DNA of 64,000 bases from Candidatus Latescibacterota bacterium. Its GTDB lineage: Bacteria > Krumholzibacteriota > Krumholzibacteriia > WVZY01 > JAKEHA01. Below the pieces are notes generated by a model that saw only the letters and a program-made list of their open reading frames with translations, was not told the DNA's origin and ran no database searches. The DNA lies in the NCBI GenBank assembly GCA_963707635.1, contig OY970173.1, positions 32,001 to 96,000 on the forward strand. Reading direction: 5' to 3'. Made by a program: the position numbers and the translations under genes. Shown here piece by piece: positions 49,829 to 60,808 of the stretch (position 1 is the stretch's first letter; every line of letters starts with the position of its first letter).

Positions 49829-52244
49829 TTACCGCGCGATCACCATCTTGCGCGTTGCTGTCTCCCCGCCCGCCGTGACCCGGCAGAAATAGACACCGCT
49901 GGCGAGAGGGCGGCCCCGATCGTCGTCCCCGGCGAGCGAGATGGTCCGCCAGCCCGCGGGCACATCGGCCAGGTTCATGCTACGCACCCGCCGACCCGCC
50001 GCGTCGAAGACGTCCAGGCGCAGGTCCGCCTTCGCGGGTAGCCCCACGGCGAACTCCGTGTGGCCGCGGAAGGGGTTCGGGTGGTTCTGCAGCACCGTGA
50101 GAGCAGAGGCAGGCGGCGTGCTGCCCACCCCCGTGGTCGCCCCCACGTTCGCCTCGTTCGACGGCGTGCTCTGGTTTCCGTGCACGTCGCTCGCGGTGAC
50201 GATGTAATAGAGCGCGCTCGCGGGTGCGCCGCTGTCCACCAGACACCGTGTCGCCGACGCTCGACAGGAAGTTGACGGGCACTGCCGTCACCCCCGAAGA
50301 AGTTGCCCGGTACACCACGTAGTTCTTCAGATCGCGTCACGCGCACGCGGTTCCACTTGAGCTGCACATCCGCGCCCGCGCGCTGCGCGGTCAAGAACAG
50401 CGGTGCGGTCGGTGCCAGGTTGTCCACCGAATGCCCGCTCATCACGTTCGACGGCCAGAATCGTATATCCATCGCTCGTCTCCGAAACTCACTATGAAGT
50501 GATGCTGCGCGAGGCCCTGAACCGTCGAGTCCGCGCGCGTCGACGTGCTGAAGCTGTAGGTCGGGAAATACTTGGCGTCCTGATTACCGACCCACTCCCA
50601 GTAATAGTCGGTCAGGGGCCCATGCTGGACCCAGAATGCTTGGCCCTGAAAATCGGCCGGGACACGCAAGGGTTCGGCACCGCCGTACGTAACTGCCTCT
50701 GCACTCTGCATCACCGCCGCGTCGGTTGCCCTCCATACCGAGTAGTGGCTGATCGTGCGCAGGTTCAATTGATCCCAATCACCCGCTTTCCAGTTCACCT
50801 TCACCTTGCCCCCCTGATCCCCCCGCACGTCAGCCACCGAGGTGATGATCGGTTCCGGGTGCCCCCAGTACCCGTATCGAAACTCCACCCGCTGCGCGTA
50901 GACGTCGTTCGTGCTGCCGCTTCGACGAGAGTCGTGCCACGTCACGATCGCCCCGCCCGAACCGTCCGAGACAATCGTGGGGTAGGACTGGTCGCCCGCC
51001 GCGGTGCACAGGGCCACTCCATCGCCCGTCCACTGCACTGCGCCCGAGGGGCTCACCCGCTGCGCGTAGACGTCGTACGTGCTGCCACTTCGAGAGTCGT
51101 ACCACGTCACGATCGCCCCGCCCGAACCGTCCGAGACAATCGTGGGGTAGGACTGGTCGCTCGCCGCGGTGCACAGGGCCACTCCATCGCCCGCCCACTG
51201 CACCGCACCCGAGGGGCTCACCCGCTGCGCATAGACGTCGTACGTGCTGCCGCTTCGCAAGTCGAGCCACGTCACGATCGCCCCGCCGGAACCGTCCGAG
51301 ACGAGCACGGGGGAGTCCTGGTGGTTCGCCGCGGTCGAGAGCGCCACTCCATTGCCCGTCCACTGCAGCGCCCCCGACGCGTTCACCCGCTGGGCGTAGA
51401 TGTCGGGGGTGCCGCTTCGCCAGTCGAACCACGTAACGATCGCCCCACCGGAACCGTCGGCAACGATCGTGGGAGCAAGTTGATCGTTCGCCGCGGTGCA
51501 AAGGGCCACCCCATTGACCGTCCACTGCACAGCCCCCAAGGCGCTCACCCGCTGCGCGTAGATGTCGAACTTGCCGGTTCGCAAGTGCTGCCACGTCACG
51601 ATCGCCCCGCCGGAACCGTCGGCGACGATCGTGGGAATAAGTTGATCGTTAATCGCGGTGCAAAGGGCCACCCCATTGACCGTCCAGTGCACAGCACCCG
51701 AGGGGCTCACCCGCTGCGCGTAGATGTCGGCATTGCCGCTTCGTACGTCTTGCCACGTCACGATCGCCCCACCGGCACTGTCCGAGACGATCGTCGGGAA
51801 AGCCTGCTGGTCCACCGCGGCACACAGGGCCACGCCGTTGGCCGTCCACTGTACCACCCCCGACGCGTTCACCCGCTGCGCGTAGATGTCGTAATTGCCG
51901 CTTCGCAAGTCCTGCCACGTCACAATAGCCCCACCCGAACCGTCCGAGACAATCTTGGGGACGGCCTGGTCGTTCACCGCAATGCACAGCGCCACGCCGT
52001 CGGCCGTCCACTGCACCGCACCCGAGGCGTTCACCCGCTGCGCGTAGATGTCGTAATCGCCATTTCGATTGTCCTGCCACGTCACGATCGCCCCCCCGGA
52101 ACCGTCCGAGACAATTGTGGGGTAGGACTGGCCGCCCGCCGCGGTCGTGAGGGCGGTGCCATCGGGTTGCCACTGCCCGAGCGCCGGAAGTGGGGCGAGA
52201 AGAAACACGAGAACCAGTAGAGAGAATGAGAAACAGGGTTTCAT
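49829..52244 (-). CDS. Secreted protein B: 8-repeat propeller-like domain, Ig/FN3-like modules, CTD (four frameshifts, 50240-50490)
   Basis: Signal peptide; 8 x ~60-aa repeat [38 protein letters not shown]-terminal half near-identical to gene C; CTD ends KMVIAR. Confidence 0.87.
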
Positions 52245-52317
52245 ACGCGGCCTCCGAATCAAGACGGTGCCGACGACAAGGCAGAGCGCGCGAGGAGCCG
52301 CGTCAGCCTCCGTCGTC

Positions 52318-54721
52318 CTACCGCGTGATCACCATCTTGCGTGTCACCGTCGAGCCCGCCGCCGTCACGCGATAGAAGTACACACCGCTCGCCAGCGGCT
52401 CGCCCTGGTCGTTCACACCCGAGAGCGACACCTTCTGCCGAACCCTTCATCCCCGCCTGCTGGACCTCCCGCACTCGCCGGCCCGCCACGTCGTACACCT
52501 CGATCGTGATTGCTTCCGCCGACGGTAACCCGATCTCAACCTCCGTCGTCCCCGCGAATGGATTCGGATAGTTCTGCAGCACCGTGAGAGCAGAGGCAGG
52601 CGGCGTCCTGCCTACCCCCGTGGTCGCCCCCACGTTCGCCTCGTTCGACGGCGTGCTCTGGTTTCCGTGCACGTCGCTCGCGGTGACGATGTAATAGAGC
52701 GCGCTCGCGGGTGCGCCGCTGTCCACCAACACCGTGTCGCCGACGCTCGACAGGAAGTTGACGGGCACTGCCGTCACCCCCGAAGAAGTTGCCCGGTACA
52801 CCACGTAGTTCTTCAGATCCGTCACGCGCACGCGGTTCCACTTGAGCTGCACATCCGCGCCCGCGCGCTGCGCGGTCAAGAACAGCGGTGCTGTCGGTGC
52901 CAGGTTGTCCACCGAATGCCCGCTCATCACGTTCGACGGCCAGAATGTATATCCATCGCTCGTCTCCGAAATCACTATGAAGTGATGCTGCGCGAGGCCC
53001 TGAACCGTCGAGTCCGCGCGCGTCGACGTGCTGAAGCTGTAGGTCGGGAAATACTTGGCGTCCTGATTACCGACCCACTCCCAGTAATAGTCGGTCAGGG
53101 GCCCATGCTGGACCCAGAATGCTTGGCCCTGAAAATCGGCCGGGACACGCAAGGGTTCGGCACCGCCGTACGTAACTGCCTCTGCACTCTGCATCACCGC
53201 CGCGTCAGTTGCCCTCCATACCGAGTAGTGGCTGATCGTGCGCAGGTTCAATTGATCCCAGTCACCCGCCTTCCAGTTCACCTTCACCTTGCCCCCCTGA
53301 TCCCCCCGCACGTCAGCCACCGAGGTGATCATCGGTTCCGGGTGCCCCCAGTACCCGTATCGAAATTCCACCCGCTGCGCGTAGACGTCGTACGTGCTGC
53401 CGCTTCGATAGTCGAGCCATGTCACGATCGCCCCGCCCGAACCGTCCGACACAATCGTGGGGTAGGACTGGCCGCCCGCCGCGGTGCACAGGGCCACTCC
53501 ATCGCCCGTCCACTGCACTGCGCCCGACGGGCTCACCCGCTGCGCGTAGACGTCGTACGTGCTGCCGCTTCGAGAGTCGTACCACGTCACGATCGCCCCG
53601 CCCGAACCGTCCGAGACAATCGTGGGGTAGGACTGGCCGCCCGCCGCGGTGCACAGGGCCACTCCGTCGGCCGTCCACTGCACCGCACCCGAGGCGTTCA
53701 CCCGCTGCGCGTAGATGTGGTAAGGACCGCTTCGATTGTCGTGCCACGTCACGACCGCACCGCCAACACCGTCCGAGACGATCTTCGGGGAGGTTTGGTT
53801 GTTCGCCGCGGTGCACAGGGCTATTCCGTTGCCCGTCCACTGCAGCGCCCCCGACGCGTTCACCCGCTGCGCGTAGATGTCGGGGGTGCCGCTTCGCCAG
53901 TCGAACCACGTCACGATCGCCCCGGTGGAACCATCCGAAGCGATCGTGGGGTCTTCCTGATAGTTCGCCGCGGTGCAGAGGGCCACTCCATCGCCCGCCC
54001 ACTGCACCGCACCCGAGGCGCTCACCCGCTGCGCGTAGATGTCGTAGTTGCCATTTCGATTGTCCTCCCACGTCACGATCGCCCCGCCGGAACCGTCCGA
54101 GACGATCATGGGAGTAAGTTGATCGTTCGTCGCGGTGCAAAGGGCCACCCCATTGGCCGTCCACTGCACCGCGCCCGACGCGTTCACCCGCTGCGCGTAG
54201 ATGTCGCCAACAACTCCGGGTCGAGCGTCTTGCCACGTCACGATCGCCCCGCCGGCACCGTCCGAGACGATCGTCGGGGAAACCTGCTGGTCCACCGCGG
54301 CACACAGGGCCACGCCGTTGGCCGTCCACTGTACCACCCCCGACGCGTTCACCCGCTGCGCGTAGATGTCGTAATCGCCATTTCGATTGTCCTGCCACGT
54401 CACGATCGCCCCCCCGGAACCGTCGGAGACGATCGTGGGGAAGGACTGGATGTTCGCCGCCGTGCATATGGCCATTCCATCGGCCGTCCACTGCACCGCA
54501 CCCGAGGCGTTCACCCGCTGCGCGTAGATGTCGGCGGTGCCGCTTCGATTGTCTTGCCACGTCACGATCGCCCCCCCGGAACCGTCCGAGATGATCGTGG
54601 GGGTATCCTGATTGCCCAAGGCGGTCGAGACCGCGGCACCATCCGGCTGCCACTGCGCTCGACTGATGCTCGGATGAACGAGAGTCGACAAAACGAAAAG
54701 GGATACCGAAAGCGTTTTCAT
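52318..54721 (-). CDS. Secreted protein C: 8-repeat propeller-like domain, Ig/FN3-like modules, CTD (frameshift ~52441)
   Basis: Signal peptide; 8 repeats; GYWGHPEP...DQGGKVKVNWKA; DNLAP.AP; QNYPNPF; restored end SGVYFYRV...KMVITR. Confidence 0.9.
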
Positions 54722-54741
54722 CTTTGGCCTCGTTTCGCGTT

Positions 54742-54903
54742 CTACTTCAGCAGCACCATCTTCTTGGTGTCGACGAACTCACCTGCGCTCATCCGGTAGA
54801 AGTACACACCGGACGCGACGCGACCCCGGCCGTTGTCATCCCCGTGCCACGTCACCGACCAGCGCCCGCCCGGCCGGTGTCGACGACCAGGTCGGAGCTC
54901 GCG
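54742..54903 (-). pseudogene. Orphan CTD remnant (type found in genes A and E)
   Basis: [35 protein letters not shown] with no upstream gene body. Confidence 0.75.
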
Positions 54904-54962
54904 ATACTCGGAGGGCTCTCGCGTTAAGGACAAGCTTATCACGAGCGCTGGGCCGACGCAAC

Positions 54963-57363
54963 CTACCGAGCGATGACCATCTTTTTGGTAACGGTTTGTC
55001 CGTTGGCCGTGACGCGATAGAAATACACCCCGCTCGCGAGAGGCTTTCCACCGTAGTCAACGCCCACGAATGCAATCGATCGCCAGCCCGCAGCGGCTTC
55101 GCCGACCGCGATGGCACGAACCCGCCGCCCCGACACGTCGAACACGTCGATCGAAATGTCCGACTTGGCCGGCAAGCCGACTTGGAAGTCCGTCCGACTG
55201 CTGAACGGGTTCGGATAATTTTGCAACACCGTGAGCGCCGTAATCGCGGGCGTGTTCCCCACGTTCGTCGTCGCCCCGACACTCGCCTCGTTCGAGGGCG
55301 CACTCTGGTTCTCGTGCACGTCGTAGGCAGTCACGATGTAGTAGAGCACCATCGGCGGTGCGTTGACGTCGACAGCCAGGGTGTCATCCGAGCTGGCAAG
55401 GAAGTTAACCGGCACCGGCGTCACTCCGTTCGCACTCGCGCGATACACCGAGTAGTCGCGTAGGTCCGGCGCCTTCGCTCGATTCCAGCGCAGCTGCACG
55501 TCGGCCCCGGCGCGCTGCGCGATGAGCATCAAGGGCGCCGGCGGCGCGAGATTGTCGACGGAGTGCCCGCTTATCACGTTGGAATCGAAGAACAAGAAGG
55601 CGTCGTTCGTTTGCGCACTGACGAAGAAGTGCTCCGTCGCTCCCCCCTGGCCCGTCGAGTCGGCGCGCGTCGGTGCGCTGTACGTGTACGCGGTGCGGTA
55701 GTGCGCGTCCTGATTGCCCACCCACTCCCAGTAGTAGTCACTCGTCGGCAGATGCTGGGTCCATACCGCTTTCCCCTGGAAATCCGCCTCGATGTCCGAT
55801 GGACTCTGGACTGTTGTTCTCTGGCTGGCCGCTTCCAGCGCCGCCGCCGCATCGGTCGCGCGCCAGATCGAGTAGTGTGTGATGACGTGGTTGTCGAACG
55901 CGTCCTGGTCGCTGGCCTTCCAGTTCACCTTGACCTTGCCGCCCTGATCGCCGCGAATGTCGGCGACGGAGGTGATCGTCGGCTCGGGGTGCCCCCAGTA
56001 CCCGCGTTCTTCGACTCGTTGCGCATAGATGTCGGAGTAGCCGTCACGATTATCGAGCCACGTAACGTATCGCCCCGCCGGCACCGTCCGGGGCGATCGT
56101 CGGGAAGGCCTGATCCCACGCAGCGGAACCCAGAACAACACCGTTCGACGCCCACGGCACTGCGCCCGTTGCCATCACGCGCTGCGCGTAGACATCGTAG
56201 TTGACGCCACTTCTACCGTCCCACCAGGTCACGATCGCTCCGTTGGCGCCGTCCGGAGCGATGGAGAGGTTGTGCACATCCCCGTCGCACAAAGCGACGC
56301 CATTCGCCGCCCATTGCATCCCACCGAATGAGGTCACGTGCTGCGCGTAGACGTCGGTAGGCCAACTTCGATTGTCCTCCCACGCGACAATCGCCCCACC
56401 CGCTCCATCCGAGACGATCGTGGGATTAAACTCCTGGTGCGTGGCATAGCAGACGAAAACTCCGTCCGCCGCCCACTGAACGGCCCCCGAGGCGTTCACC
56501 CACTGCGCAAAAATGTCGGAACCGCTGCCGCTTCGATTGTCCTGCCAGGTCACAATCGCTCCCGCGGCGCCGTCCGAGGCGATCGCGCAATTGATCTGGT
56601 TGTACCCCGCCGCGCCCAGGGCCACACCGTTTGCCGCCCATTGAACCGTCCCCGAGGCATTGACCCGCTGCCCATAGATGTCGAAATCGAGGCCGCGAAC
56701 GTCCTGCCAGGCGACGATCGCTCCGCCGACCCCATCCGAAACGATGGCGGGATTCTCCTGGGCGCCGGTCGCGGTACAGAGCGCGACGCCGTTGGCCACC
56801 CACTGGACCGTACCGGCGGCGTTGATCCGCTGCGCGAAGATATCGGTAAGAACGAGACTTCGCCGGTCCACCCAGGTCACGATCGCTCCACCCGCCCCAT
56901 CCGTGACGATGGTGGGGGCAAACTGGGGGCCCAAGGCAGCGCACAGCGCGACTCCGTTTGCTCCCCACTGCACCGCGCCCGCAGCATTGATCCGCTGTGC
57001 ATAGATGTCGTAGACGTCGTTTCGCGCGTCCTCCCAGGTCATGATCGCCCCACCCGCCCCGTCCGCAACGATCTGGGGCAGAGTCTGTTCGTTCGGGCTG
57101 GTGCACACAGCGACGCCATTGGCGCTCCACTGGACGGTACCCAACGGGCTCACTCGCTGGACATAGATGTCGTTGTCGCCATTTCGACTATCTTGCCACA
57201 CGACGATCGCCCCACCGGCGCCGTCCGAGACGATCGTCGGGTAGATCTGGCTATTCGCGGCCGTACACAGAGGGTTTCCGTCGAATACCCACTGGGCCCG
57301 GCTAATGGCGGGGACAGAAACCGTTGCGAAAACAAGAAGTGAAAACGCGACCCCGGTTTTCAT
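54963..57363 (-). CDS. Secreted protein D: 8-repeat propeller-like domain, Ig/FN3-like modules, CTD (frameshift ~56068)
   Basis: Signal peptide MKTGVAFSLL with AAGGAGG RBS; 8 repeats; same C-terminal modules as B and C but more diverged. Confidence 0.9.
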
Positions 57364-57388
57364 AGAGGCCTCCTTCCGGGCTTCTCTT

Positions 57389-60300
57389 CTACTTGAGCAG
57401 CACCATCTTCTTCGTGTCGACGAAACTCCCCGCGCGCATCCGGTAGAAGTACACGCTCGACGCAACGCGCTGGCCGTGATCGTCATCGCCGTTCCATTGC
57501 ACCGACCACGCACCCGGCGCGCGATGCTCGTTCGACGAGCTCGCGCACGAGACGACCGGCCACATCGTATATCGAGATGTTCACGTCGGCTCCGCCCGCC
57601 GGAACGTCGTACGGATGGTCGTGATCGGGTTGAACGGATTGGGAACGTTCGGGTGCAGCGCGAACGACTGCGGCGAGCGGCGTGTCATCCACACCCGTCG
57701 TCGTCACCGCGCCGATCACGAATGGGGAGCAAGGTCGTTACGTGACCGCATATCGTGTTGTTCACCAGGTCTCGCGATGTGGTCACGTTGACCCACATCG
57801 AGCCGTCGTAGTGCAGGAGCACCAGGTTCGCTTCCGGTCCCGGAATGTTGCTCTCGTCGTAGTTGAGGCAGACGTCGACGCCGCCGGTGTAGGATGCGTC
57901 GGTTGTGATGTTGTAGTAGATCTGCGGATCGTTGGGGTTACCGATCGAAAAACCCGAGACCGGCATTGGAGGCGTGAACGGGTTCGTGATGTAGGTGTTG
58001 CCTGCGGACGTCACGTTGGCGAATGTCGCCGTCCCGTACACGCTTCCACTTACGTTCATGAGGGTCACAGCCTGTGACGAGCCGGAGCCCGTGTTCTGGT
58101 AAGCGACAAAATACGACACTTCCGACGTGTTGCCGGCCATGTCGGTTGCCGTGGCGTTGATCGCAGCGGCGGGGGGAATTCGGCCCCGCGGGCGAAAATG
58201 TGAACGGCGCGGACCCGTTTCCGTCCAGCGTGACGAGCGCCCCACCGATGTAGTGCCCGGCATTCAGGCAGCAGTCCGGCGACCAGTAGAAGTGGAGATA
58301 CAGCGGCACATTCGGTGCTCCATCCATGGTACCGCTGATCTGACTCCCCGCGGCCGATGACAGAACGGGATAGTTTTGCGTTCGGTTCGGCCCTTCGTCG
58401 GCATCGAGCTGGTCGTTGTTGCTGTACCAGTCGTTGCCGAGATCGATCGACAACCCCGTGTTCCCGAGCATCGAGTTGCCGGCGACGAAGTTGTTGATGC
58501 TGCCGTCGTCCTGCACGACGACGCCCTTGTAGTTGTTCATGATCAGGTTGCCTTCAGCGGGGTTCAGGCTCGTTCCTATTGTGCTCGACCCGATGCGCGA
58601 TCCCGTGGCGTTATTGAAAACATGGATGCCAAACTGGTTAGCGATGTTTGTCACCCCGTCTGCACCGACGCCGATGTAGTTTCCGTACACCTCCGCATTC
58701 GTGGCACCGTAAATGTGGACTCCCGCGTCGAAGCTGTAACCGATCACGTTGCGCGCCGCGGGGCTCGATCCCCCGACGCGACAGTGATCGCCAAGGATGA
58801 CAATGCCGCTGTTCTGCATGAAAAGTGAGTTCTGCACCCCCGTGTGATCGGTGCCGATGTAGTTGCCCTCGATGACGACGTCGGACGCCTCGACGGAAAT
58901 ACAGGACGAGAAACCGCTGATCGCGACACCACGCACCGCGCCCGTGGCCTGGAAGTCCAAGCCCGTCTGGAAGAGCGGCCATCCCGCTATTTCGACCTGG
59001 ATCTGCGCGTTCGACGCGCTGCCGACCGGGTTCGTGTTGGGAGATGCTCCGGGCTGCGTGAACCCGTCGACGGTGAGCGCGTCGGTAATGACCGGAATCG
59101 CCGGAGCAAAAACTTCGATCATGTGTGGCCCGGAGCCCGGAATGTCAAAACGAATCGTCTGCTGGCCGGGAATCGCGTTGGCCTGCACGATGGCTTCCAT
59201 CAACGTACCGGTCACGAAATCGTCGGCAATGGAATTGACGGTGAAGGACGTGGCGTGACCGTTGCTCAACACGCGCTCCCCGTAGACATCGCGGTTGCCC
59301 GACCGCGGGTCATTCCACACGACCACGGCCCCACCGTACCCGTCCCCGGCGATGGCAGCATAGGACTGGTCGCCCAGCGCCGAGCACAGCACCACACCGT
59401 TCGCCGTCCATTGTGGAGCTCCCGTCGTGCTTACACGCTGAGAGTAGACATCGAACGTTGCACCGCGGCCATCCTCCCATGAAATGACGGCACCACCGGC
59501 TGCATCCGAAGCAATGGTGGGAAACTGCTGATCTCCCGTCGCCGTGCACACCGCGACGCCGTCAGCGACCCACTGCGCGACCCCGACGCCGTTCATGCGC
59601 TGCGCGTAGATGTCGAACCCGCCATTACGGGTGTCGTCCCAGGAAAGGATGGCCCCGCCGGAGCCGTCCGCGACGAGGCCGCCGATGAGCCCGTCCTGGG
59701 CCTCGAGGCCGGGTGCGGTGCAAACCGCGACGCCGTTGGCAGTCCAGCTAACAACCCCGAGGGCGCCAATTCGCTGCGCGTAGATGTCGTCGTAGTCCAT
59801 CTGCCAGGCGATGATGGCGCCGCCGGACCCGTCCGCGACGATCTCCGGGAATTGCTGGTCCCCGGGTCCCGCGCAGATCACCACGCCGGTCGATGCCCAC
59901 AGCACGCTCCCCACCGAATTCACGCGTTGCGCGTAGACGTCGTAACCGTTCGGCGCAGTGCGGTTGTCCATCCACGTGATGATGGCCCCACTGGCGCCGT
60001 CGGTGGCAATGTTGGCAAAATACTGCGTGCTCGGCAGGGCGTTGATCACAACCCCGTCAGCGGTCCAGAGCACGCTGCCCGCGGCACTGATCCGCTGCGC
60101 GTAAATGTCGGTGTTGGGAAAGCCGGCGCGATAGTCGGTCCAGGTCACGATGGCGCCGCCCCCTCCGTCTGGCGTGATGAAAGGGTAGATCTGGCTTCCC
60201 GAAGCGGTACAAAGGGCGACGCCGTTCGTCGTCCAGAGTACCGCGCCGCTGGAATTGATCCGCTGGGCGTAGACGTCGAAGGCACCGGACCGTTGGTCCT

Positions 60301-60631
60301 GCCAGACCACGATCGCGCCGCCGCTGCCGTCGGGAATGATGCGTGGGTCGAATTGGTCCTGCGTCGCGCTGCAGACGACCACACCGTCGGCGGCCCACTG
60401 GGGGGAACCACCAGCGTCCAGGTGCTGCACGTAGATATCGAAGTCGCCGGCCCGGTTATCGGCCCAGACGATCGTCGCGCCCCCCGCGTAGGAGATCACG
60501 CCGGGAGCGGCCTGGTCTCCCGTGGCCGTGCACACCGCGACGCCATCGATGGTCCATTGCGCCCGCGCTGGATGGGCGGCAAGGAGAACGAGCAGCGAAA
60601 GCGGACCGAATGAACGATGGAACGCTTTCAT
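57389..60631 (-). CDS. Secreted protein E: 8-repeat propeller-like domain, beta-helix, beta-sandwich, CTD (about five frameshifts, 57530-58180)
   Basis: Signal peptide MKAFHRSF with AGGAGG RBS; 8 repeats; C-terminal half paralogous to gene A ([47 protein letters not shown]). Confidence 0.87.
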
Positions 60632-60706
60632 GATGGGGCCTCCTGGTGAGGCGGATTCACTCCGTGGACTCGGCGTCGGCCACCGGGCCGGGCCTGATTG
60701 TCCGTT

Positions 60707-60742
60707 GATCAATAGGACGCATCCAACCGGCGAACCGACACG
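60707..60742 (-). promoter_or_regulatory. Candidate ECF-sigma promoter of the E-D-C-B array
   Basis: CGTGT-N18-CGTCCTATTGATC, immediately downstream of a terminator. Confidence 0.65.
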
Positions 60743-60753
60743 GCGCAGATGAC

Positions 60754-60784
60754 AAAAAAAAGGGCCGGCGGCGTCCGCCGGCCC
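60754..60784 (-). terminator. Intrinsic terminator
   Basis: GGGCCGGCGG-ACG-CCGCCGGCCC followed by T8 on the minus strand. Confidence 0.9.
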
Positions 60785-60808
60785 CATTGCAGAACCCCCT
60801 CGTTCGTC

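Noticed and set aside
50885..57300. CRISPR array suggested by ~180-bp periodicity
   Set aside because: The units are translated protein repeats with conserved intervening sequence; there are no unique spacers and no cas genes.
50885..60560. Diversity-generating retroelement behind the variable repeats
   Set aside because: No reverse transcriptase or non-coding template repeat in the window; differences are not adenine-specific and all repeats are in coding frame.
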